A stretch of DNA of 64,000 nucleotides, taken from the sequence record LR756502.1; one strand, given 5' to 3'. The translations under genes and the position numbers were made by a program. Position 1 is the stretch's first letter. The number at the start of each line of letters is the position of its first letter. Of this stretch, positions 29,892 to 39,868 are shown one piece after another. Below the pieces are notes generated by a model. It had not been told where the DNA came from and made no database searches. It saw only the letters and a list, made by a program, of their open reading frames with translations.

Positions 29892-30113
29892 TTATGAGTT
29901 ATATCTATATCTTATTTTCTCACCACCACACTTACCACAAACAACCTTACCTTTTCCATGACACCCAGCACATATATATTTTACTTTGTCTCTATCATCC
30001 ACATCCTTGCATCCAGGACAATCTATCATGCCATTACTACACGAACAAGATATAACATCAGATATATTCAATTGATCGTGTCTTTTAAATAAGTTTTTTA
30101 TAATTTTTTTCAT
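29892..30113 (-). CDS. DnaJ-type zinc-finger protein on a domesticated solitary cassette
   Basis: CPGC, CAGCHGKG, CGKCGG; flanked by GTTATATCT (29898) and AGATATAAC (30048). Confidence 0.65.
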   Translation of the reverse strand: MKKIIKNLFKRHDQLNISDVISCSCSNGMIDCPGCKDVDDRDKVKYICAGCHGKGKVVCGKCGGEKIRYRYNS

Positions 30114-30367
30114 ATTCCCAACTCTTCTAATTTCTTATTCCTTAATTCACCAATCTTTATAAAAGAATGCTTCTGATAGTTATGCCCCTCTCCCACATCA
30201 TCCAAAAGATTATAGTAAATACTCTCCCCTTTATGAAATATTTCAACAGCATCATAAACCTTACCTATTGTAAATGGCAATACACAACACTCTTCATTAC
30301 AACCATTTCGCCTATGGGTAACAGATTTATAGTAAGTGCCTTCATTAGATATACATTTAATCTTCAT
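30110..30367 (-). CDS. SH3-like protein, C-terminal RNKKLEELGI tag
   Basis: MKIKCI...FTIGKVY pattern. Confidence 0.7.
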   Translation of the reverse strand: MKIKCISNEGTYYKSVTHRRNGCNEECCVLPFTIGKVYDAVEIFHKGESIYYNLLDDVGEGHNYQKHSFIKIGELRNKKLEELGI

Positions 30368-30907
30368 TTAGTTACTTTTTAGTTCATATACCTTACCTAG
30401 TAAATCTTTGAATTTACTCTTGTCCAACTTCTGCCAAGTGGCGTTTCTATAACCTTTATATGTTTCTCCAAGCTTAACTTCATTAAAACTATCTAATGTG
30501 TCCTGGAAAACGTGTCCACAATCAATCACCTTATCACCTTCTATTTGAAGATAGATTTGCTTGAAAATAGCCCTTTTGTCTAGATTCTTAACAATTAACA
30601 AAGTACGCTTCTGTGTTCTACGATAAGTTACTCCTACTAACTTGTACTTATGAATGCCATTATCATCACCATGAAGATGATTAGGGTTATAAACATAAAG
30701 AGTATTCTTGTCATTATACTGACTTAACTGTTCTTTATCGATCTCTGCTAAATGTTTATAAATAGGATATTCACAATATCCTTTGAATATACTCCACTCA
30801 ATTTTGGTGTCTTTTAATACAGCATCTTTGCGTGGAATTACTGTTACTTCTTCGTTTGTATCATCCGCAGGTTCAACCCGTGGTTTAGATGATTTTATTA
30901 CTTTCAT
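30368..30907 (-). CDS. Hypothetical protein
   Basis: ORF track. Confidence 0.65.
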   Translation of the reverse strand: MKVIKSSKPRVEPADDTNEEVTVIPRKDAVLKDTKIEWSIFKGYCEYPIYKHLAEIDKEQLSQYNDKNTLYVYNPNHLHGDDNGIHKYKLVGVTYRRTQKRTLLIVKNLDKRAIFKQIYLQIEGDKVIDCGHVFQDTLDSFNEVKLGETYKGYRNATWQKLDKSKFKDLLGKVYELKSN

Positions 30908-30944
30908 ATTTAGTGGTTTGGTTGGTGTGGTTTAGTTGCTTAAA

Positions 30945-31199
30945 TTAAATCATTAAGTGTTGCGCACTGAACTTATAAGTCCACTCTTGTGCTTTATCAT
31001 AACTATCACAAGGTATTACTTGTTTAGTTTGTTGGTTAATTACATAGTGTTCTTTATTTATAAGAATATGAATAAACCCTTGGAATTTACTCATTGCATT
31101 AAATAATGTATCATATAAGTCATCTGTTTGGTTTATGATAACCTCTGCTTTGATACAGTGTTGTCCAAATGGACAATCATTATATTTTATATTTGCCAT
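30945..31199 (-). CDS. Hypothetical protein
   Basis: ORF track. Confidence 0.6.
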   Translation of the reverse strand: MANIKYNDCPFGQHCIKAEVIINQTDDLYDTLFNAMSKFQGFIHILINKEHYVINQQTKQVIPCDSYDKAQEWTYKFSAQHLMI

Positions 31200-31244
31200 G
31201 TCTTTAAGGTTTAGATGTTTGTTAGAATATGATTAAAACTTAAA

Positions 31245-31276
31245 AGAAGTTGTTAGGTTTTATCCTAACAACTTCT
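31245..31276 (-). terminator. Intrinsic terminator
   Basis: AGAAGTTGTTAGG/CCTAACAACTTCT 13-bp stem. Confidence 0.85.
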
Positions 31277-31293
31277 CAGTATCTTCTTTAAGA

Positions 31294-31926
31294 TTATCCT
31301 TTAATAACCTCGATGTTCTTTAACATTACTACTGGTTTAACAGCCTCCATCACTTCAGCAACATCACCAAAAGTCTTGAACACATCAATTGTTCCTTTTG
31401 CTACGGTGTAAACAGTAGCCGCTTTGATGATTTTCTCTTTGTCTCTTTCAGTGATTTCGTCACTTTCTTGAATAAGACGACTCAAAATTTCACCATATTT
31501 TTCAATCATTTCGTTATCAAAAGAGAAAGTAGTTTTCTCTTCAACAATTTCCTCACCAAATGTCTCACGTAAAGACTCAGCACGCTCAGCGTTGATTGTA
31601 ATATACTTATCTTGAGCGATAAACATCAATTGAGATACATCACCATCATCATTTACATGCTCTAACATAACAGACTCTGGGTTTTTACCAGTTTTTTGGT
31701 ATAATTTAGCCCACTCGGTCTTACCAAGGTCACGTAATTCATCAGTGATCATATCTAACTGAGCTTTCTCACGTTTCATATTATCTTGAAGTTTCTCAGC
31801 TTTTTCAACTTTTGTGAAAAATGAAGGGTCCTCAATTTTGATACGAGTTTTTTCGTCAGCTCCTTTAGCTACTTTTTTTGGTGCTGCTTTTTTAGCTGCT
31901 GAAAATAAATTTTTTGCTCCTGCCAT
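31294..31926 (-). CDS. Conserved phage protein, probably highly expressed early gene
   Basis: Own sigma-A promoter and terminator; codon usage resembles the AAA+ and VWA genes (many CGT/GCT). Confidence 0.75.
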   Translation of the reverse strand: MAGAKNLFSAAKKAAPKKVAKGADEKTRIKIEDPSFFTKVEKAEKLQDNMKREKAQLDMITDELRDLGKTEWAKLYQKTGKNPESVMLEHVNDDGDVSQLMFIAQDKYITINAERAESLRETFGEEIVEEKTTFSFDNEMIEKYGEILSRLIQESDEITERDKEKIIKAATVYTVAKGTIDVFKTFGDVAEVMEAVKPVVMLKNIEVIKG

Positions 31927-32142
31927 TGTCTTATAAGTTTTAGTAGTGGTTAGTATTAGTGATTAATTATATACAAATATACGGATAAATGTTTGATTTA
32001 CCAAAAAAGTAGTCAGATTATTATGTTTTACCTTCACAGGATGCGCCAACGCTAGTTCAAACTACTCTCTTTAATTATATACAAATATACGGATAAATAT
32101 TCGATTTACCAAACAAAATATCAACAAATTTATATATTAATT

Positions 32143-32517
32143 ATGGTATTAACAAGAGAGTGGCAAGACTATAGTGATTATAATTATCGATGGCCATCAA
32201 AACTGTATATATACCGGAGGAGAATATCAAAAATTGGTCGTAATTTCTCTTTACTTGAGAGTATTCGTATAGTACAGATTAATGATAATATTGATGTATA
32301 TTATGACCGTGTAGTTGGTATGTCAGAAGATAAGATGTTTAGTGCTAATGTATACTCTTTAATCTATAGATTCTGTAACATGATACTTAGTAAGTCAGTA
32401 AAAGAATCTGTTGTGGATATAAGACACTCTAAGTTATATAAGAATCATCCGTTCATTGGTGATAGGTTTAAGAATGTTGTTAGGGATAGTAAACTAGATA
32501 TCCTTGGTATTGATTAG
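32143..32517 (+). CDS. Hypothetical protein, C-terminal RDSKLDILGI tag
   Basis: Only plus-strand carrier of this motif. Confidence 0.6.
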   Translation: MVLTREWQDYSDYNYRWPSKLYIYRRRISKIGRNFSLLESIRIVQINDNIDVYYDRVVGMSEDKMFSANVYSLIYRFCNMILSKSVKESVVDIRHSKLYKNHPFIGDRFKNVVRDSKLDILGID

Positions 32518-32931
32518 TTACCAATCAATATTGATTGTATAACTTCCAGCCTCAATTAATCCTTTATTATATAAATCGTTTGCAACAGTTTGTAAATCTG
32601 GGTAAAAGTTTCTACGCCAAAATAAATCTAGATAGTTTTTATCTGATTTACTTCCATTCCATTCATTAGGATCTCTTTTCAACCAAACGTCAAATTTGAC
32701 TCCCATCTCATTCCCATTTATAACCTCTGGTATACTATCATTCATTTCCTCATCATCTGTCCATTCTTCGGGAATACTAATATGAACAACTCCTCTTGAT
32801 TGACAACCTCTTTGCTGTTGAAAACTATATGGTTTATTATAGGTTTCTCTTACTAATCTGTCCCAGTCTTGTACTTGAACAACTCTTTCAGTTTTGAATT
32901 TTAGCATTTCAAATGTTTTTAAGTGTTTCAC
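32518..32931 (-). CDS. Tagged protein (GTG start)
   Basis: MKHLKTFE. Confidence 0.7.
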   Translation of the reverse strand: MKHLKTFEMLKFKTERVVQVQDWDRLVRETYNKPYSFQQQRGCQSRGVVHISIPEEWTDDEEMNDSIPEVINGNEMGVKFDVWLKRDPNEWNGSKSDKNYLDLFWRRNFYPDLQTVANDLYNKGLIEAGSYTINIDW

Positions 32932-33119
32932 AAAAGTACGATTTTATTTTTAATATAAAAAATTTGAGTCATTGTTCTTTCTGTTTGTATTCTTCCCTAT
33001 TAAAGTGTGTACTTTATAAGAGTCCATTTGCCCTTCTTAGCCTCATTTAATTCCATATCTTGGAACCTAGATATCTTCATAATATTAAAAAAATATTTTC
33101 TTTATATATTAATTTTTAC

Positions 33120-33431
33120 TTACTTAGAATTTGTCATTTCTATTATATGTTCAACATACTTATCTCTTTGTTCAACAAGGTACTTTTCTCTTTCTAGGAG
33201 TCTTGCTCTTTCATCTTCAACGATTTTATCTGCATAAGATTGTTTTTGGTCAATTATTGTTTGTTTTTGGTCTACAATACTCTTGTAACTATTTAGTTGG
33301 TCTTCGAACATTTTGTTTTGGTAGTATAATCCACCAAGCATTAGTATGATTATAAAAGATTGTTCTTTTAATTTTGATAAGAATGTATCAAAAAACCCTC
33401 CTGTATTAGACACTTTTTTTATTTCTTCCAT
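33120..33431 (-). CDS. Single-TM coiled-coil protein
   Basis: Likely start MEEIKK; FIIILMLGGLYY TM segment then coiled coil. Confidence 0.6.
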   Translation of the reverse strand: MEEIKKVSNTGGFFDTFLSKLKEQSFIIILMLGGLYYQNKMFEDQLNSYKSIVDQKQTIIDQKQSYADKIVEDERARLLEREKYLVEQRDKYVEHIIEMTNSK

Positions 33432-33500
33432 AGCATTATATATAATTAAATGGTTATCATAATTTGATTGTTGGTTAAAACTTTTAATATATAAAGGACT

Positions 33501-34472
33501 ATGAAACACCTAATTAAGTTCGAGGGTATTGATGATGTTAGTAAACTAACTGGTTGGGTAAATGTCAAAATTGACCACCAGTTGTTTATTAGAATGTCAA
33601 GGTATGTATTAGCCTTAGATACACTATGTGATCGACCAAGTGATAAGTACAATCTATTTATTAAGATTGATATGTTGTCAAATATTGAATCCTATATTAA
33701 TAATGTAGATGTTGATATACAAACTAAGATATCTATTATTACCTTACTACAATACCTAAATGAGATAAAAACTAAATTTAACCCATCATCTGCTGGATTT
33801 TTATTAGAGAGCTTCTTAGCATGTCTAATACATGGTGAGGTAATTCCTGGATATGAAGAAGCTGATATAACCTCATCTTATAGTGAGCTTGATGCTGTTC
33901 AATTTAAAACATCATCATCCAGAGGAATTAAGAAGTTGAATTATCAGATAAAGCTATATAAAAGTGGTGGTAATATTAAAATAAAGTGGAAGGAACTTTG
34001 TGACTATTATGTTATATGCTTAAAAAATTCAAATAATACAATAGACGTGCATATTCTATCAAAAGATCCTAATGATGCTGATAGTTATATAGGTAAATTT
34101 GCTGTTAATATTATAAAATCCGTAAAACCTAATGATTTTATAAGAGATGCTGGTAGAGAAACTCAGTATATTCTATTAAACACTAAGAAGCTTTATACCG
34201 AAGGAAGGGCACATGAACATAAGAGAACATTGGATATAAAAGATGATACGATTAATGGTCTAATACTAGCTTGTGGTAATAGTGTTAAGAACTCAATAGA
34301 GAAGGTGTATAATAATCTTTCCGAACTTCATTACAATGTTGATTCACTTGTTAGTGGCCTTGATAAGAATAAGGTTAAGATTAGTCCGGATAGAGCTAAG
34401 AAGAATGCTGATATAACACTTAGGAAAATATCAAATGATGTATCAAATCTAAAAAGAGATATATCTAGATAG
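33501..34472 (+). CDS. Tagged protein, possibly PD-(D/E)XK-like fold
   Basis: MKHLIKFE; GFLLESFL...ADI...YQIKLY spacing weakly resembles E..D..(Q)xK. Confidence 0.55.
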   Translation: MKHLIKFEGIDDVSKLTGWVNVKIDHQLFIRMSRYVLALDTLCDRPSDKYNLFIKIDMLSNIESYINNVDVDIQTKISIITLLQYLNEIKTKFNPSSAGFLLESFLACLIHGEVIPGYEEADITSSYSELDAVQFKTSSSRGIKKLNYQIKLYKSGGNIKIKWKELCDYYVICLKNSNNTIDVHILSKDPNDADSYIGKFAVNIIKSVKPNDFIRDAGRETQYILLNTKKLYTEGRAHEHKRTLDIKDDTINGLILACGNSVKNSIEKVYNNLSELHYNVDSLVSGLDKNKVKISPDRAKKNADITLRKISNDVSNLKRDISR

Positions 34473-34502
34473 TGATGATTTTATAAATTAATATATAGTT
34501 CT

Positions 34503-35231
34503 ATGAAATACTTAAAGATATTTGAGGCCAAGGTCAAAAAAGACTGGGAAAAAATGGTTGTTAATATAGAAGATGACTTTAGAAATTTAATAAATGCTAG
34601 CACTGATATTACATTAGACTATATCAAAGACATATCGGCATCAGCTTTAGATGTATTCAGTGGGGAAAAAACTGAATATGACCAATATTTATGGCTTGAG
34701 TTTAATGAGGAGACATATGTTTTTATGAGTAAAGATGGTAAGGTTGATGATGCTGAATTTGGAGAGGCTGATAAATCTATGTATAAAGACGCTGTTAGTT
34801 TCTATAAAGATCTAATAACAACAAAAGAAGATGTTTGTTTGATAATTACAGTTGATGTCTATTTTAACCTTGGTGTATCTGAAGATGATCCTAAGGTCAT
34901 ATCATTAAAGGAAGAAATAAAGGATATAGAAAGTAGATGTGAGGGAGAGGGAATTTTATTTATACCACATTTGCGTATGTCCAAATCCGATACTCTTCAG
35001 CGCCCACATAAGGGTCGTGAGAAAGATGAAATAAGTCTTCTTTCTTTTGGATTTGAGTTTAGAATAAAGCTTGATACATCAAAAATGACATATGACTATC
35101 ATAATATAATATCATCAGATGTTATATCTGATTTTGATAAATTTATAAGTATGTATAAAATACCAAAAGAAGGAGAGGATGATCTAGTTAAATTGATAAG
35201 CAAATCCTTAATTGCCTCGAAGAAGAAATAA
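34503..35231 (+). CDS. Tagged protein
   Basis: MKYLKIFE; TAATATATA at 34489. Confidence 0.7.
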   Translation: MKYLKIFEAKVKKDWEKMVVNIEDDFRNLINASTDITLDYIKDISASALDVFSGEKTEYDQYLWLEFNEETYVFMSKDGKVDDAEFGEADKSMYKDAVSFYKDLITTKEDVCLIITVDVYFNLGVSEDDPKVISLKEEIKDIESRCEGEGILFIPHLRMSKSDTLQRPHKGREKDEISLLSFGFEFRIKLDTSKMTYDYHNIISSDVISDFDKFISMYKIPKEGEDDLVKLISKSLIASKKK

Positions 35232-35237
35232 TAATTT

Positions 35238-35777
35238 ATGAAGAACTTAGAAACATATGAATCGTTTTTCAAAAACTTAAAAAATCTTTTCAAAAAAGAT
35301 GCTACTCATTCGTTTGGAGCATTTTACAAAAACCTAAAATATGGTAAGGTAACTCCAGATGAACCACATCCTGTAGATGATGAGAGGTATATGACAAAAG
35401 AAAGAAAAAACGAAATAACAGATACAATTGTAGATTGTCTTCAAGATATATTTGATGAATATAGTATATATAACTCAAATGGTAAAAAATGGCACAACGT
35501 GATGATGTGGTCTTATATAAATTGTGAATCGTCTAGAGTGGGTATTGAAATATATAATATTAGACAAATGTCATATGATAATTTATTAGATGATATAACT
35601 GATAAAAAGGATATGTTGGAAAGTATGTGTGGTGTCAAAGTTAGAATAGATGATTGGGGTGGTGGATTTGAATATGGTGAAAAAGATTCAGATGCTACAA
35701 TACAAATAACTTTTCCTTTCCATGAACAATCCTCATATGATGTTCAGAAAGAAAGAGCAAAAATGGGATGGAAATGA
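35238..35777 (+). CDS. Tagged protein
   Basis: MKNLETYESFF. Confidence 0.7.
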   Translation: MKNLETYESFFKNLKNLFKKDATHSFGAFYKNLKYGKVTPDEPHPVDDERYMTKERKNEITDTIVDCLQDIFDEYSIYNSNGKKWHNVMMWSYINCESSRVGIEIYNIRQMSYDNLLDDITDKKDMLESMCGVKVRIDDWGGGFEYGEKDSDATIQITFPFHEQSSYDVQKERAKMGWK

Positions 35778-36265
35778 AATACATAAGAAAGTTTAATGAG
35801 TCTTTTAAACCAATGTTGGATAGTAATAGTATAGGTGATATATTATTGGATGTAATTGATATTGGATATAGATGTCATGTCGGGACAGATTGGTGGTGGG
35901 ATGGTAAGAATAGCATTAATATTACAATATATGGCATAGAAGAGTTCAATAAAGATATTCACTGCAATGTTGATTATATTTATATTGATGATGTTGTTGA
36001 ATCGGTGAATAGATTATTCAAATACTTGAAATCAGAAGGATATGAACCAAGTGAAATTAGTAGTAAAGTTGCGGAAGTAATTAATAAAGGTCCTGATGAT
36101 CTTGATCTCATTAAGAAAAATGGGCGAAACAGGGGAGAAATTAGAATATTAACTGGTGAGGTATATAGTGATGGATCCAAAAGTGGGTTAAATTTTAAAA
36201 AGGACAAGGAAAAGAATAAGTGGAAAACAGATGATTTACCCGCATTTCGATTCACTCAAAAATAG
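35774..36265 (+). CDS. Tagged protein, DLxDxG(F/Y)...RLxxY family
   Basis: MKYIRKFNES; DILLDVIDIGY...VNRLFKYLKSEGY. Confidence 0.7.
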   Translation: MKYIRKFNESFKPMLDSNSIGDILLDVIDIGYRCHVGTDWWWDGKNSINITIYGIEEFNKDIHCNVDYIYIDDVVESVNRLFKYLKSEGYEPSEISSKVAEVINKGPDDLDLIKKNGRNRGEIRILTGEVYSDGSKSGLNFKKDKEKNKWKTDDLPAFRFTQK

Positions 36266-36275
36266 TAAAATTAAA

Positions 36276-36734
36276 ATGAAATACTTAAAGGGATATAAAT
36301 TATTAAATGAAAGTGAATCTTTGGATGAGGTTGCTCAATCAATAACTGATAGACTAGTTGACCTAAAGGATCTTGGTGCTAATATATACATAGGTACTTG
36401 GCAATGGAATGATCTAAATGGGTATATTGAAATTATTAATAACGATAATGATATTGATAAAAGGGTATACTGTGTCCGTATTGATATAACCACTTATGAT
36501 AAATATTCAAAAGTACAATCAGCATATGTTTATGATGATGACTGTGATAGAGATGGTGATAAGGTGTCTGAGGTTAATGTTGAATCGATTCACAAGTCTG
36601 CTAAAGTGCTAGGTGAGGTGGCTAACTTCATTTCAATGGCTAAGGGAGAAGGTTGGCTATTATTTATGGATGATTCAGATATATCATCAAAAAGCATAAG
36701 AATTAATTTCTTTATTATACCAAATAAAAACTAA
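36276..36734 (+). CDS. Tagged protein
   Basis: Start at 36276, MKYLKGYKLLNES; DRLVDLKDLG. Confidence 0.7.
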   Translation: MKYLKGYKLLNESESLDEVAQSITDRLVDLKDLGANIYIGTWQWNDLNGYIEIINNDNDIDKRVYCVRIDITTYDKYSKVQSAYVYDDDCDRDGDKVSEVNVESIHKSAKVLGEVANFISMAKGEGWLLFMDDSDISSKSIRINFFIIPNKN

Positions 36735-37240
36735 TCAACCTTTCTAAATATCAATTTACAACTAAGATTATGTGCTAACTTTCTAATGAATGCGTCATTT
36801 GCCTTTGTGTTGTGTAATAGCTTAGGTTTCTTTATTATATCAAATGTTAGATCCTCATTCATATAAATTAGTCCAGCATACTCTGGTACCTCATCAATCG
36901 TTATTAAATCTCTAGGTGTTATATAGTTAAAGTAATTTGGTAAGAAGTATATCAACTCACCCTTTTTAATCTTAGTATAGTTCTCGTTTATTATATGAGT
37001 GTGTTTCTCTTTAACAAAGTCTTTCTTAAAGTCAGCACGGCTTATCTTTATTTCATACTCGTAGATATAATCTGACTTAGATATTGATATAACATCACAC
37101 TCTTGTAATCCCATTCCTGTAAATCTTGTAGTTATAGGCGAGTGTGATTTTTCATAGAGGTACATACAGATTGCTGCCTCAATGTTCTTGGATTTAGAGT
37201 TATCTCTCTTTATTTTATTAATACTTGATTTTCTTCCCAT
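36731..37240 (-). CDS. MmcB-like PD-(D/E)XK nuclease
   Basis: ECDVISI...YEYEIKISRADFKKD, YFNY, PEYAGLI. Confidence 0.7.
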   Translation of the reverse strand: MGRKSSINKIKRDNSKSKNIEAAICMYLYEKSHSPITTRFTGMGLQECDVISISKSDYIYEYEIKISRADFKKDFVKEKHTHIINENYTKIKKGELIYFLPNYFNYITPRDLITIDEVPEYAGLIYMNEDLTFDIIKKPKLLHNTKANDAFIRKLAHNLSCKLIFRKVD

Positions 37241-37286
37241 AAAGTATCTATAAAATAAATACAGATACCAATAAAATAATATAAAA

Positions 37287-37475
37287 CTACTTAGACTTTA
37301 ATCTAGCCTCTGGTACTATTGATATAGTGTGTCCTTTGCTTGACTTTAGTGAGTATTTTGCAACACCTTCTGGTGTTGTCCATGCTTTTGTTACTGTTGA
37401 GTTATCGAATCCATAACCTTTCCAATTCTTATTCTCTTTAACTAGTGATACTGAATCACCTACTTTGTATTTCAT
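37287..37475 (-). CDS. Small SH3/KOW-like protein
   Basis: MKYKVGDSV. Confidence 0.6.
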   Translation of the reverse strand: MKYKVGDSVSLVKENKNWKGYGFDNSTVTKAWTTPEGVAKYSLKSSKGHTISIVPEARLKSK

Positions 37476-37476
37476 T

Positions 37477-38082
37477 TTAGTTGTATTTTATAGTATTATT
37501 AATCTCGTTTACTTGTCTTTGAACATCATCCCCGTCATTGTTGAATATGGTATATTCAGACATTATCATTTTATCATTTGATGATATTTGTGACTTCATC
37601 CTACTTCTGTAATCATTCTCATCGAATCCACTTCTTTCAAATGCTCTTTTCATTCTAATATCCTCATTAGCAAATACATATATTACTTCATCAAGCCTAT
37701 CTTTTAATTCTGTCTCATAAAGTATGGCTGATTCTGCGATAATATACTTTTCATCCTTGTTTGTATCACAGAAATTTATGAACTCATCAAATACATATGG
37801 ATGTGCTAGCTCATTTAATCTTTGTAGCTTTGATTCACCACCCTTAACGAATATAATTCCTCTAATAACATCTGGTATCATTTTACCATTCTCATCATAT
37901 ACTTCACCAAATTCCTTAACAATCTGATCTTTAAGTGGTTGTTTATTATTTATAACATATCTAGCTACATCATCTGAATAGAATACTGGTACTCCTAATT
38001 GTTCAAATAGTTTTGCGCAGTAACTCTTTCCGCTGCCCATCTCTCCAGTTATACCTACTTTAATCATTTTTATAGTCATCAA
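37477..38082 (-). CDS. coaE: Dephospho-CoA kinase
   Basis: VGITGEMGSGKS, LNELAHP, AESAILYE, RMKSQ, IFNN. Confidence 0.9.
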   Translation of the reverse strand: MMTIKMIKVGITGEMGSGKSYCAKLFEQLGVPVFYSDDVARYVINNKQPLKDQIVKEFGEVYDENGKMIPDVIRGIIFVKGGESKLQRLNELAHPYVFDEFINFCDTNKDEKYIIAESAILYETELKDRLDEVIYVFANEDIRMKRAFERSGFDENDYRSRMKSQISSNDKMIMSEYTIFNNDGDDVQRQVNEINNTIKYN

Positions 38083-38287
38083 ATGTTTTGTATACTACTC
38101 TACCAACAAACCCCTCAGGATTACTCCAACTTTTTGTGATCCTTCCTTCGCCGTCCTTATGTATGTACGTGTACCCTAAACTAGCGTTTCTTCCAATAGT
38201 ACTATTAATACCAGATTTATTAACATTACTTTTATCTGTTAACCCAAGTGATATTAAATAATCTATCTCTTCAAATGTAAAATCCAT
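38060..38287 (-). CDS. Hypothetical protein
   Basis: ORF track. Confidence 0.55.
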   Translation of the reverse strand: MDFTFEEIDYLISLGLTDKSNVNKSGINSTIGRNASLGYTYIHKDGEGRITKSWSNPEGFVGRVVYKTFDDYKND

Positions 38288-38291
38288 ATTG

Positions 38292-38471
38292 TTATTTAAG
38301 CTTGTAATATAAGTGATTATACATTATTCTTAGGTTTACTTCACTTAGTTCTTTTGTCAAGAATTCTTTTTCTGGATACATCTCCAAGTAATAACTAACA
38401 AACATTTTCTTTGCTTCCTTATCCTTTAAAAGTACCCTACCCCATAATTCAAACACTTCCTCTTTTTCCAT
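38292..38471 (-). CDS. Hypothetical protein
   Basis: Likely start MEKEEV at 38471. Confidence 0.55.
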   Translation of the reverse strand: MEKEEVFELWGRVLLKDKEAKKMFVSYYLEMYPEKEFLTKELSEVNLRIMYNHLYYKLK

Positions 38472-38472
38472 C

Positions 38473-38745
38473 TTAATAGTCATCATTTTCATCATAGTCA
38501 TCATACCCATCATCATCGTCACCATCTTCGAAGTTATCTATGTAAGGAAATACATCTTCCGAGTCGAATAGTTTATTTAAATCTTCTATATCATCTTCTT
38601 CCAAATCAAGGTCTTCAATTCTAAAAAGGTCTGATCCATCCATCTCATAATCTATTTTACCATCTTCTTTAAGTTGGTCTAGCACACCAAATACTTTTTT
38701 TCTGTCTTTACATTCATCTACGCTGTAGTAATTAAATAATTCCAT
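38473..38745 (-). CDS. Acidic hypothetical protein
   Basis: Asp-rich C-terminus. Confidence 0.65.
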   Translation of the reverse strand: MELFNYYSVDECKDRKKVFGVLDQLKEDGKIDYEMDGSDLFRIEDLDLEEDDIEDLNKLFDSEDVFPYIDNFEDGDDDDGYDDYDENDDY

Positions 38746-38754
38746 AATTTATTA

Positions 38755-39489
38755 TTAGTTTTTGTTTAGTATTTTAGATATTTCTGTCTCTGGTAACCTT
38801 GGTGATTCCTTTTCATCCTTGAACTGACTAACTATGCTAAAGTTTTCATCATCAAGTATAGAAATATTCATAATGTATCCATCACATTTCACCTCTAGAT
38901 TGTTATCAGATATTGATATTGGTATTATTTCCTTTTCTGGATTAAGATCAAAGTTACTAATATTTTTTAAAAAGTTCCAATTTTCGTTTTTATAGTATTC
39001 TATCTTTAAAAGTTTTATGAATTTTGACTTCTTATTGATAACAACATTCTTAGGTACTCCAAATACATCTTTCCATTTGAATCCAATTGTTATATGTAAA
39101 TCTATTTTAGGTAATTCATATCTACTTCTTACTGCATTTAGCTTATCACTATTACAAACTATAAAGTATGTGCGGTTACCATTTCTCTCAGCTGTGCCAA
39201 CTCCCATCATTTTAAGATCATCAATATCATATTTTAGTATTTGGTCAATAGAATTAACTAGCTTATCAACACCTATCTTAGATAGTGCATTATATTCCAT
39301 TACATTTATTGTTGTGATGTGATATGATCCGTGGTCTCTTTCCTTTTGATTCTTTGTGTATAGTTCAAAGTCATCTCCTATTATATCTTTTAGTTCATTT
39401 AAAAATGGTTCAACAGCACCAGTTGGTATGTTTATACCAATGTAGTTACTCCCCGTGATGTCTTTTAAGTAAGTTAAATAATATATCAT
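38755..39489 (-). CDS. 2H phosphoesterase (cyclic phosphodiesterase / RNA-repair-type)
   Basis: Two HxT motifs, YHITT and LHITIGF. Confidence 0.75.
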   Translation of the reverse strand: MIYYLTYLKDITGSNYIGINIPTGAVEPFLNELKDIIGDDFELYTKNQKERDHGSYHITTINVMEYNALSKIGVDKLVNSIDQILKYDIDDLKMMGVGTAERNGNRTYFIVCNSDKLNAVRSRYELPKIDLHITIGFKWKDVFGVPKNVVINKKSKFIKLLKIEYYKNENWNFLKNISNFDLNPEKEIIPISISDNNLEVKCDGYIMNISILDDENFSIVSQFKDEKESPRLPETEISKILNKN

Positions 39490-39507
39490 AACCTATATAT
39501 CAAAAAT

Positions 39508-39858
39508 TTATTTGATTTTTAGTAAAGTGATTGTTGATGTATATTTTCTGGTTATATTTGGGAATTCTTTAACATATAGAAGACATATATAAACATCTTG
39601 TTCGCAAAGACGATTTTTATATGTTCCATCCCACGCAATATTTGAATTGGTGTGATATACTACTTCACTGTTTCTATTGTATATAAACATCTCTATTGAT
39701 GTTGATCCAGTAACTACTGGATAAAATGTGTCATTTATACCATCACCATCAGGTGTGAATGCGTTTGGTATAGTTACAATACTTTTTTGTGAATATCCAA
39801 TTGTGGTAACAAATAGTAAGATAGTTATAATTACTCTTTTTAAGTTTTTAATTTCCAT
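39508..39858 (-). CDS. Stand-alone T9SS type B C-terminal domain (gliding motility-associated CTD) with signal peptide
   Basis: Signal-like MEIKNLKRVIITILLFVTTIGYSQ, then IPNAFTPDGDGINDTF...IYNR...WDGTY...VY. Confidence 0.9.
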   Translation of the reverse strand: MEIKNLKRVIITILLFVTTIGYSQKSIVTIPNAFTPDGDGINDTFYPVVTGSTSIEMFIYNRNSEVVYHTNSNIAWDGTYKNRLCEQDVYICLLYVKEFPNITRKYTSTITLLKIK

Positions 39859-39868
39859 TCCGTATATA

